Positions 16,113 through 23,300 of a DNA stretch of 23,300 nt are shown piece after piece. Below the pieces are notes generated by a model that was not told the origin of the DNA, searched no databases, and saw only the letters and a list, made by a program, of their open reading frames with translations. Source of the DNA: Actinomycetes bacterium (lineage in GTDB: Bacteria > Actinomycetota > Acidimicrobiia > Acidimicrobiales > JABEUL01). The DNA lies in NCBI GenBank assembly GCA_021790815.1, contig JAJYFT010000023.1, forward strand, positions 1 through 23,300, in the 5' to 3' direction. Positions within the stretch are counted from its first letter, which is position 1, and the number at the start of each line of letters is the position of its first letter. The position numbers and the translations under genes were made by a program.

Positions 16113-19016
16113 CTATCCTTGCTCTTCAATCACTTCAGGAAGCTCTCTTCTCGATTTAATCCCAAGCTTTGCATACGACCTTGATAAATGGTGATCAACG
16201 GTCTTAGATGAAATATAGAGCTTTGCTGCAATTTCAATATTAGTTAGCCCTTTACTGGCCAAAGAAGTTACTGCAGTCTCGCGTTTTGTAAGTTCTTTGG
16301 AGTAAGGTGAAACATTACTTTTACGACCCCCGGTAGCGCTTAATTCTTGTTCTAGCATTAAAATAAGTCTGTTGGCTTGAGTATTTTGTAAAACGAAAAG
16401 TCCTTCCGCCAAAATTCTTCGAGATCTTGTAATCTCTTTTTTTCTACGCAAAAACCGACCATAACTAAGAAGCACCTCACCTAAAACAAGAGGGCTAGAT
16501 ATGGATCTGAGCAACACAAGTGCGTTTTCAAAATTAAATTCTGAGAGTTCATACTTGCCTTCGAGGTCAGATTTGAGGGCATTGCCGTAGCTGAGTACAG
16601 CCTGCGGAGTTTTACAAGTTAAGTCAGCCAGCGCATCCTCTAATAGATTGACCACACGTTGGATATCGCCCACAGCTTTACCAGCAAATAAGGCATCAAT
16701 TGCCGCCTTAAACCACGGCAACAAACAAGGGTTTCTAAAGTTCATTTTCTTCGCAATTTTTATTGCGTTCTGCGCCACCTCACATGCCTCTAAGACATTA
16801 CCTGAACCTAACAAATATTGGATTTGAGTTGATGAGACAAGCAACTGAATAAAAATACTTAGCCCCGCTCTCTTAGGAACTGAGGCCTTAGCTTCCGCCA
16901 ACCACCTCCGCGTATTCTTTGTATCACCAAACTCGCTATAAAAAATAGCCAAATTACTTGCGACAAAGGGATGCACTGAGGGCACGATAAGAGTTAAGTC
17001 GTTAAGCATATCAATTAAACTTAAAGCCTCCGGCAATTTCCCCATTCTAATGAGCACATCAAAATGAGATACAGCATAGAACGCGCTAGCGAGTTCAAGA
17101 CCATTGGCATTACCGTAATTTATGGCATCGTCATAAATTTCATTCTCAAGTTCATAATCTTCACTGCACTTAAGAACCATCATTTGGCCCCAAATGGGAT
17201 TCCAACTAGATGTGGCAGCCTTTAATCTAAAATCCTCACTTTTAGATATTAGGTTTACAGCGTCTTCAATCAAATTATAGCCTTCAGGGTCACAATTGAA
17301 CAATTTAACTATTCCATCTGCCGTTAATGATGAACTGAGTATGAATGGGTCGATTATCCCAAGATTTTTTACACTCTCAATTACAGACGGAGTCTTCCCT
17401 CCAACACCAAGTCTCCCAGAAAATAACCAACTTGTAAATGACGACTCTAGAAGAATTTCAGCGGCTTTTGTTCGATTAAGGACCTTAAGTTCATGATATA
17501 TTTCACTTGCGGAGATCTTTCTAAACTCGCGCATACTTCTATTATCAATGCCTAGAATTAATTCAAGTGTATGGCAACGAGATATCAGCCTAAGTGCATC
17601 GCACCTTTCACTCTTATTCAGGTTTTTCATTTGCAAAAGTCTATTTGCAATTCCCGTGGCCTTAAAAATATTTCCTTTAGAGTGATAAACAAACCCAAGT
17701 TCTATCAATATTTGAGGGTCTGAAACTTCGTCGTTTGATTTCAATATCTCTTCAAGGTAGTAAAGAGCAGTATCGTTTGCACCCTTCGACATTGCTTTCT
17801 TAGCAGCTTCAAATAAATGTTTTTCGACATTAAAGCTACCTGAACCTTTAGCTCTGATTATATGAAAGGCTACCTCAGATATGTCCCTGTCCAACGATAC
17901 AAATAGTTTTACGCAATTTAAATGCAACCTTGATCTTTCTATCTCATTCATGTCATTGTATATGACTTCTTTAAACAAAGGATGTATAAATCGATAAAAT
18001 CGTTGATCAAGAATTTCAATCAATCCAAGGCCCCTAATGTTATTAGTTGCCTCAACAAATTTACCTTCATTTAGGCCAGATATCTCAAATGCATCGGATA
18101 TCCGAAAGTTTGTTCCCAAGACTGATGCTGCTTGCAAGAATTTGAGGCTTTCTACATTTACTCCAGCAAATCTTGAAAGAAGAAGCTTACTACTCATTGA
18201 CTTTATGTTTAAACCCGAATCAACGAAATTATCTCCTGCATTTGTAAAATCCTTATCTGACAAACTTCTCAGAAAAGAAGATGGCTCCAGTCCAATGCTA
18301 GTATCAGACAAACAGTTTGTAACCATGTTGCTGGCAGAAACAATCTTAAGCAATAGAGGATTCCCCGAACATAGATTGTAAACCTCTCTAGCTCTTCGAT
18401 CACCAATCTTAGATTTTATTTCCCTTTCAATGAGCATGACGGAACTCTCGAAAGATAATGGTTCAAGCTCTTCAAAAGTTGCTGCACCTTCGTTCTCTAG
18501 GAGCTTAGCAATTTCAATTGCTTGAGGTGGGGTCTTACGCAGTGCACTCAAAAATCCAAGAGGAATCGAATTAATTCGCCTCACAAGCAACTCTAAAACT
18601 TTTAAAGAATCTGCGTCAATCAGCTGAAGATCGTCTACAACAATTAGAGTTGGACTCTTGCAAACTGATTTAAATAAATCAAATATGTATTTGTACATGG
18701 CAAAGAGGTTGTATGAACTACCGTTCGAGAATTTACCATTCATTTCATCGATCAATTCAAAAAGGATCCCAAAAGGCTGCCCAGAATGGACCTCCGTACA
18801 AACCAAATTAACCAGATTAAAGCCGACTGCATTTTTAAGAGTCGTTTTAAGGATAGAAGACTTGCCGATACCTGGGGGGCCTACAATGAATTTAGCGCCG
18901 CCGTGCGAGTTTTTAACGTCCGACAAAAATGATGCCACAGAATCAATAGTTCGTTCTCGCCCAACCAATTCGCTACAATTTAAATTTTCATGTATGGACA
19001 TTTCGTGCTTTACCAC
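16113..19016 (-). CDS. LAL-family (large ATP-binding LuxR-family, MalT-like) transcriptional regulator, 967 aa. It has an N-terminal AAA+/STAND-like NTPase, a long helical/TPR-like middle and a C-terminal LuxR-type HTH.
   Basis: Walker A GPPGIGKSS, Walker B LIVVDDLQ, and the C-terminal LTKRETAVTSLASKGLTNIEIAAKLYISSKTVDHHLSRSYAKLGIKSR LuxR HTH. Confidence 0.85.
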   Translation of the reverse strand: MVKHEMSIHENLNCSELVGRERTIDSVASFLSDVKNSHGGAKFIVGPPGIGKSSILKTTLKNAVGFNLVNLVCTEVHSGQPFGILFELIDEMNGKFSNGSSYNLFAMYKYIFDLFKSVCKSPTLIVVDDLQLIDADSLKVLELLVRRINSIPLGFLSALRKTPPQAIEIAKLLENEGAATFEELEPLSFESSVMLIEREIKSKIGDRRAREVYNLCSGNPLLLKIVSASNMVTNCLSDTSIGLEPSSFLRSLSDKDFTNAGDNFVDSGLNIKSMSSKLLLSRFAGVNVESLKFLQAASVLGTNFRISDAFEISGLNEGKFVEATNNIRGLGLIEILDQRFYRFIHPLFKEVIYNDMNEIERSRLHLNCVKLFVSLDRDISEVAFHIIRAKGSGSFNVEKHLFEAAKKAMSKGANDTALYYLEEILKSNDEVSDPQILIELGFVYHSKGNIFKATGIANRLLQMKNLNKSERCDALRLISRCHTLELILGIDNRSMREFRKISASEIYHELKVLNRTKAAEILLESSFTSWLFSGRLGVGGKTPSVIESVKNLGIIDPFILSSSLTADGIVKLFNCDPEGYNLIEDAVNLISKSEDFRLKAATSSWNPIWGQMMVLKCSEDYELENEIYDDAINYGNANGLELASAFYAVSHFDVLIRMGKLPEALSLIDMLNDLTLIVPSVHPFVASNLAIFYSEFGDTKNTRRWLAEAKASVPKRAGLSIFIQLLVSSTQIQYLLGSGNVLEACEVAQNAIKIAKKMNFRNPCLLPWFKAAIDALFAGKAVGDIQRVVNLLEDALADLTCKTPQAVLSYGNALKSDLEGKYELSEFNFENALVLLRSISSPLVLGEVLLSYGRFLRRKKEITRSRRILAEGLFVLQNTQANRLILMLEQELSATGGRKSNVSPYSKELTKRETAVTSLASKGLTNIEIAAKLYISSKTVDHHLSRSYAKLGIKSRRELPEVIEEQG

Positions 19017-19160
19017 CCAAACAATTCATTCGATTTTTATGAACATGTGTGAATCTTACTTCCACTTCACCTAAAAAATAGGGAACTTTCCCGATGACAC
19101 ATCTCCCTCAAAACAGTACACTGAATCTAAGCTTATTTCAATATAACGCTATAATGAATT

Positions 19161-19168
19161 GGAGGAGG
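19161..19168 (+). promoter_or_regulatory. Strong Shine-Dalgarno (GGAGGAGG) immediately upstream of the small ORF at 19170; a TATAAT hexamer lies at 19150-19155
   Basis: Sequence ...ctataatgaattggaggagggATGgaa. Confidence 0.4.
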
Positions 19169-19169
19169 G

Positions 19170-19322
19170 ATGGAAAGTAAGATCACATTGAATTTAGAGA
19201 TCTTTGAAAGCGATCAAATTCAAGGGCGAATTTACAATCCATCCAATTCAGTCGTTGTAGCTTTCTCAGGCTACCTAGAACTTATGGCGGCGCTAGAGAA
19301 CTTCTTGGAAGAGCTTAGGTAG
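19170..19322 (+). CDS. Small hypothetical protein, 50 aa (MESKITLNLEIFESDQIQGRIYNPSNSVVVAFSGYLELMAALENFLEELR). It is not in the supplied ORF track.
   Basis: ATG directly after GGAGGAGGG, with an open frame to TAG at 19320-19322. It is divergent from the LAL regulator and immediately upstream of the lipoprotein gene. Confidence 0.4.
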   Translation: MESKITLNLEIFESDQIQGRIYNPSNSVVVAFSGYLELMAALENFLEELR

Positions 19323-19359
19323 CTGTGAAATGCTACTATGAATGACAAAAAGGAACGTA

Positions 19360-19875
19360 ATGAAACTATTTGATATAAGAAACAAAGTTATTCTGCTAGT
19401 GGTTGGTGGGTGTCTTCTAGGTGCCTGTGGCTCCTCACATCCTGCAATCCAAATTCCAAGTCAGGCTTCTATACAATACAGTAAAACTGGCTCGAGTGTC
19501 GTTATATCGCAGAACGGCAACTCAATGTCGTCCAGTGAAGGAATTCCATCAAACTTCCCTAAAGACGTTCCTCTCCCCGATGGCGCCAAAGTACTCGGAA
19601 ACTTAAGCGGAAACAACACTTCGACAACATACTTTGACATATATTTTGCTGTTCCAGGTCCAGTTAGTGCTGCAGCAAACTCATACTATCGCCTCTTAAC
19701 GTCAAAAGGATTCACTGGCCAACCACCCCAAGGTGGGTCTGGTGGAATGGAAATTATTGCCAAATCCTCAGCCTGGTCACTATCTGGAACATTTGAAACT
19801 CCATCAGGACCGACAAGTGGGTATAATTTCACTGGCAATCAAGTTGAGTTAACATTAATGGTTGAAAAGATCTAA
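19360..19875 (+). CDS. Predicted lipoprotein (signal peptide with lipobox LLGAC; mature protein Ser/Gly/Asn-rich). The start is placed at the second ATG, which has an SD.
   Basis: MKLFDIRNKVILLVVGGCLLGACGSS is a positive n-region, a hydrophobic core and an L-L-G-A-C lipobox. AAAGGA lies 5 nt upstream of ATG 19360. Confidence 0.65.
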   Translation: MKLFDIRNKVILLVVGGCLLGACGSSHPAIQIPSQASIQYSKTGSSVVISQNGNSMSSSEGIPSNFPKDVPLPDGAKVLGNLSGNNTSTTYFDIYFAVPGPVSAAANSYYRLLTSKGFTGQPPQGGSGGMEIIAKSSAWSLSGTFETPSGPTSGYNFTGNQVELTLMVEKI

Positions 19876-19920
19876 TAACTATAATCGAATCGGAAATCAT
19901 TTCACCTAAATAATTTCATT

Positions 19921-19928
19921 TAAATTAT
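19921..19928. repeat. Left copy of the 8-bp target-site duplication AAATTATT of the ISL3 element
   Basis: Identical 8-mer at 21242-21249, immediately outside the right terminal inverted repeat. Confidence 0.8.
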
Positions 19929-21241
19929 TGGCTCTTCTGGCTTTTCTGTGGGTAATTGTATCTTCAAGGTAATTTTAGTGGATAATTATCTACATGAGAG
20001 ACAAAGAACTTTACGAGCAGATTTTAGGCATTAACTCCCCCTGGAGAGTTGAACGAGTAGAACTTAATTTGGAATCAAGAAGTGTTGATGTGTATTTAGA
20101 GCATGCTTCAAAGATTAAGTTTATGTGCCCAAAATGTGACGTTGAACGCCCAGTTTACGATCATACCCAAGAACGAATTTGGAGGCATTTGGACAGTTGC
20201 CAGTTCCATACATTTATCCATGCTTGCCCACCAAGAATTAATTGTGAAGTTGATGGCATTCACCAGATAACCTTGCCCTTTGCCGAACCTAATTCTAGAT
20301 TCACGATGTTATTTGAACGACTTGCGATTGACATTCTTAGCCACTGTGATGTCGATGGTGCTAGAGCTATATTAGATATCAGCTGGGATGAAGCCTGGCA
20401 CATAATGGATAAGGCAGTTAAGAGGGGGCTTGCCAAAAGAGGTGCTGTGGCTCCAGAACTAATTGGCGTAGATGAAAAAGCAGTAGCTAAAGGTCATAAA
20501 TACGTAACCGTAGTATCTGATGTCGAGCAATCCACCGTAGTTGACGTAATTGAAGACAGAAAACATGAGAGTCTAGATACCTTCTTTGAAAAGTTAGGAA
20601 AAGACCAGCTAGAGGCAGTTTCGGCAGTTTCTATGGATATGTGGGATCCATACATAATGTCTGTCAAAACTCACTTGAATAATCCAGAAGAGAAAATAGT
20701 ATTTGATCGATACCATATTATGAAAATCATGGGTACGGGAGTTGATGGCGTTAGAAAACAAGAGTCCAGAACACTTTTTAAAGTTGGAGATAAGACCTTG
20801 ACTGGATCAAAGTATTTGTGGCTCTATTCAGAAGAAAACCTACCCGATAAACACCGAGATCGTTTTAATTCTCTAAAGGCACTTGATCTCAAAACTTCAA
20901 GAGCCTGGGCAATCAAAGAGAATTTAAGGTTATTCTGGGAACAATCAACCAAGGCTCAAGGACTTGAACACTTCAAGAGATGGTACTACTGGGCCACACA
21001 TTCAAGGTTGGAACCAATAATTAAAGCTGCTAAAACACTAAAGCGCCATTTTGAAGGAATGATAACTTATTTTGACTTTAGAATCACAAATGCTCATGCA
21101 GAAGGGTTAAATTCACGGATTCAAGCAATTAAGGTAAAAGCAAGAGGATACCGTAATCAAGAGCACTTCAAAACAGCAATACTTTTTCATCTGGGCGGAC
21201 TAGATCTTTATCCAGTTACCCACACAGTTGTCGGATGAGCC
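19929..21241 (+). mobile_element. Complete ISL3-family insertion sequence (1313 bp) with imperfect terminal inverted repeats and a perfect 8-bp target-site duplication
   Basis: The left terminal inverted repeat ggctcttctggcttttctgtgggtaattg (19929-19957) matches the reverse complement of 21212-21241, ggctcatccgacaactgtgtgggtaactgg, at 21/29 positions. It has the ISL3-typical GGCTCTT terminus. AAATTATT flanks both ends (19921-19928 and 21242-21249). A single transposase ORF lies inside. Confidence 0.85.
19994..21238 (+). CDS. ISL3-family transposase (IS204/IS1001/IS1096/IS1165 type), 414 aa
   Basis: N-terminal zinc-finger-like region (NSPWRV...CPKCD...H...RIWRHLD...C..C) followed by a DDE-type core. 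Its TGA stop lies inside the right terminal inverted repeat. Confidence 0.9.
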   Translation: MRDKELYEQILGINSPWRVERVELNLESRSVDVYLEHASKIKFMCPKCDVERPVYDHTQERIWRHLDSCQFHTFIHACPPRINCEVDGIHQITLPFAEPNSRFTMLFERLAIDILSHCDVDGARAILDISWDEAWHIMDKAVKRGLAKRGAVAPELIGVDEKAVAKGHKYVTVVSDVEQSTVVDVIEDRKHESLDTFFEKLGKDQLEAVSAVSMDMWDPYIMSVKTHLNNPEEKIVFDRYHIMKIMGTGVDGVRKQESRTLFKVGDKTLTGSKYLWLYSEENLPDKHRDRFNSLKALDLKTSRAWAIKENLRLFWEQSTKAQGLEHFKRWYYWATHSRLEPIIKAAKTLKRHFEGMITYFDFRITNAHAEGLNSRIQAIKVKARGYRNQEHFKTAILFHLGGLDLYPVTHTVVG

Positions 21242-21249
21242 AAATTATT
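21242..21249. repeat. Right copy of the 8-bp target-site duplication AAATTATT of the ISL3 element
   Basis: Identical 8-mer at 19921-19928, immediately outside the left terminal inverted repeat. Confidence 0.8.
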
Positions 21250-21370
21250 TTACTAGAACGTTGAGATTCAGGATCATTGCTTTCTGGATTAGCTCTTAAT
21301 TGACAGCATCACATTTAAATGATGACCGTTCTGGAAATAATATACAGTATCGCCTAAACTTATATCTACT

Positions 21371-22540
21371 TTGATTTCTAAAAACCGCGTAAGAAATAAC
21401 TTAATTGTTTCACTAGTTCTTCTGTGTCTAGTAGTGGTCACATCACAATGCTCAACACATTCATCAGTCACTTCTGCGTCTCCGTCACCAACTTCGTCAA
21501 TAACAACTACAACTGTTGCTCCCACGGATGGAACAATAACAACAAGTTGGATGAATTCTTATTCACAGAACTTTAAAGCGTCTAAACATTATCGCGTTCT
21601 GGTCTATCCTATGCTTGAGTCAGATAGTTATGACAACGTGGAAAATTATGGTACTACGCTTCAAGTTGTAAACGAAAATCTCAATATGCTCGATCAAACC
21701 GGTACAACTGGTATCACTATTCATATGGGTTATGATCCGTGGATAATTAATCTTCCAAATACAATTACTGAAGAAAACACTATTACGAGCGAGATTAAAT
21801 CAAAAGGCAAGGCTTTAATGCTCGCTGATGCAAGCGCCGAATACTACAGACACCACCGAGAAAATTGGGATCAATTCAAGGCTGATTGGGTTACAAGAGT
21901 TACAACTTTAGCTAAACTCTATCATCCCGCTTACTATACGGTGATAAAAGAACCACCGTGGTATATTCCAATGATAGCTGGTATTTCTCGCAATACTTCT
22001 AGCCCTCAAGATCAACAGATTGAACAAACGAGTCAGTGGATATCTTTGCTCAAGTCACTTATAACCGCTGTTAAGTCTGTTTCGCCAAATACTAAAGTGG
22101 GGATAGCAGTTTCGGGCGATCTTTACAATGGTTCACCTAGTGGCAAAATTGATAGCGAAATATTACAAGGAGCAATCCAACTTAAGCAGTTAGACTACAT
22201 TGGTTTCGACATCTACACCGCTACCGCATTTGAAAATACGGCTCAATTTCTTCAATCAAATGGCGGCGGCGGAAAACAAATATGGATAGCTGAAGCCTGG
22301 AGTTCTACCACAGCTAAAACTGGAGACTCCAGAGCTAGTTCAAACTTAGATGTTAGTTGGGCAAGTTTTTTAATTAATTACGCTCAGTATATTGGTGCAA
22401 CTGGAGTTGTTCCTTTCTATACTGACTTTTTTGCATCGTACTCGCCCCGCCCAAATAGTACTCAAGGCTTACTTTCTTTTTACAACGGAAGAACACCAGT
22501 CTTTTATGAATTTCAAAAACTTTTGGCTGATGGAAAGTAA
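21371..22540 (+). CDS. Secreted protein with a Ser/Thr/Pro-rich linker and a putative clan GH-A (GH5-like) TIM-barrel glycoside hydrolase domain. It has a TTG start, and the functional assignment is tentative.
   Basis: The signal-peptide-like N-terminus KNRVRNNLIVSLVLLCLVVVTSQC is followed by a TSASPSPTSSITTTTVAPT linker. A candidate acid/base motif VIKEPPWY (NEP-like) and a candidate nucleophile motif IWIAEAWSS lie ~110 aa apart. Confidence 0.5.
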   Translation: MISKNRVRNNLIVSLVLLCLVVVTSQCSTHSSVTSASPSPTSSITTTTVAPTDGTITTSWMNSYSQNFKASKHYRVLVYPMLESDSYDNVENYGTTLQVVNENLNMLDQTGTTGITIHMGYDPWIINLPNTITEENTITSEIKSKGKALMLADASAEYYRHHRENWDQFKADWVTRVTTLAKLYHPAYYTVIKEPPWYIPMIAGISRNTSSPQDQQIEQTSQWISLLKSLITAVKSVSPNTKVGIAVSGDLYNGSPSGKIDSEILQGAIQLKQLDYIGFDIYTATAFENTAQFLQSNGGGGKQIWIAEAWSSTTAKTGDSRASSNLDVSWASFLINYAQYIGATGVVPFYTDFFASYSPRPNSTQGLLSFYNGRTPVFYEFQKLLADGK

Positions 22541-23178
22541 TTTTAATCGTGCTGGGTCATTATGCTTTGAAATTAGAAACATTACCATTAAAACAAGCAA
22601 CGTAAATATTACAAATATTGAACTTTAGGATTGACATAACCATTTAGTTTTTACAACATAGCCCCCAAATAAGCGATTAGAAGACTCCTCTATGTCAGAA
22701 AATATTTCGCATTAAAGCAACAATAGAGACAACACGATTTAGCAATTACTTACAATTTATGAAATGCCTGCAATATGACTGCAATTCGGTATCATCGTTG
22801 TAGCCTGTAAACAAAACTTGGAACAACAGTTATCAGAGTGATATAGTCAGATTTAACGACAACTAACCTAAGTGTTTTTGATGAAGCCGTATAGATAAAG
22901 TCTTTTGCAGCAAGATTAAGAAACCTTAAATTTAAAGTCCTATGAGATTAGTAGCATTAGTTCGAGCTTCGCCCGAACATTAGATTATTACGTCTATATC
23001 ACTTAAAACCGTGGGCACTTCAGCCCAGAGAGCAAGAAATGGACAAATTACAATGACAATCTCTCATTAGAATGCAGCTAAATATACGGCTCTAACTTCT
23101 CTATAGGAAATTGGCAAGTGTGATTCAAATCTTTATGCTCTACGCCTTTTGAAACTATACACAGCCTGCTAGTTGAGG

Positions 23179-23300
23179 TGTACTGGTTTTGATGGAGACT
23201 CCCAATATGTACAAGGATAGAGTTATGTCAGAAACAAAGAAAATAAAGAGGGTATTTACCCCTGAGTTTAAGGAACGGGCAGTTAGAATGGTTGCCGAAA
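23179..23300 (+). mobile_element. Left end of an IS3-family (IS150-group-like) insertion sequence, truncated by the window edge
   Basis: The terminus begins TGTACTGG, recalled as typical of IS150-group left inverted repeats. About 45 bp downstream, an orfA starts with an AAGGA SD. Confidence 0.5.
23225..23300 (+). CDS. IS3-family transposase OrfA (HTH), N-terminal 25 codons only (MSETKKIKRVFTPEFKERAVRMVAE...)
   Basis: Characteristic OrfA N-terminus (R..F.PEFK..AVR.V). Confidence 0.65.
   Translation, partial: MSETKKIKRVFTPEFKERAVRMVAE

Noticed and set aside
17296-19606. Track ORFs 17296-17496, 18037-18381, 18658-19074 and 19421-19606
   Set aside because: They are antisense to, or in alternative frames of, the LAL regulator and lipoprotein CDSs.
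21277-21296. ctttctggattagctcttaattg as the right inverted repeat of the ISL3 element
   Set aside because: It resembles the left terminal inverted repeat only in direct orientation. The true right repeat is 21212-21241, which is in inverted orientation with 21/29 matches and is immediately flanked by the duplicated AAATTATT.
21289-22628. Track ORFs 21289-21525(-) and 22392-22628(+)
   Set aside because: They overlap the GH-like CDS in other frames or orientations and have no supporting signals.
1-23300. tRNA, rRNA and CRISPR arrays
   Set aside because: I scanned the non-coding regions for T-loop (GGTTCGAATCC-like) or D-loop signatures and for regularly spaced direct repeats, and found none.

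Overview
This window is low-GC bacterial DNA that mixes housekeeping-type operons with accessory features. From 5' to 3' it contains: (1) a very large repeat protein gene (164-3337) with about 13 BNR/Asp-box-like blade repeats, each with a conserved Cys pair, then one IPT/TIG domain and three ~130-aa C-terminal repeats. The gene appears 5'-truncated and carries an in-frame TGA, after which the repeat homology continues in frame to 3460. (2) A DUF2892/YgaP-like membrane protein, a membrane-anchored CHAP-domain hydrolase and a large polytopic membrane protein, separated by unusually long AT-rich intergenic regions. (3) A minus-strand operon: NfeD-like OB-fold gene, flotillin, DUF167/YggU. (4) A beta-oxidation-type unit: an SCPx-type thiolase translationally coupled to an MFE-2-type SDR, divergent from an AMP-forming acyl-CoA synthetase. 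(5) A 1.6-kb ORF-free gap holding frameshifted remnants of a kelch-like gene. (6) A 967-aa LAL-type (AAA+ ATPase plus LuxR HTH) regulator. (7) A small ORF with a strong Shine-Dalgarno plus a lipoprotein gene. (8) A complete ISL3-family IS (19929-21241) with imperfect 29/30-bp terminal inverted repeats and a perfect 8-bp target-site duplication, AAATTATT. (9) A secreted clan GH-A-like protein. (10) The left end of an IS3-family (IS150-like) element running off the window. A non-coding ~55-110-bp element occurs twice in the same orientation, at 47-103 and 15781-15836. I found no tRNA, rRNA or CRISPR array. I had no tools, so homology calls rest on recognisable motifs only. Nothing here reads as a canonical defence, toxin-antitoxin or secretion system; the most unusual items are the repeat-protein architecture with its disruptions, the duplicated non-coding element, and the TM-less flotillin/mini-NfeD pair.
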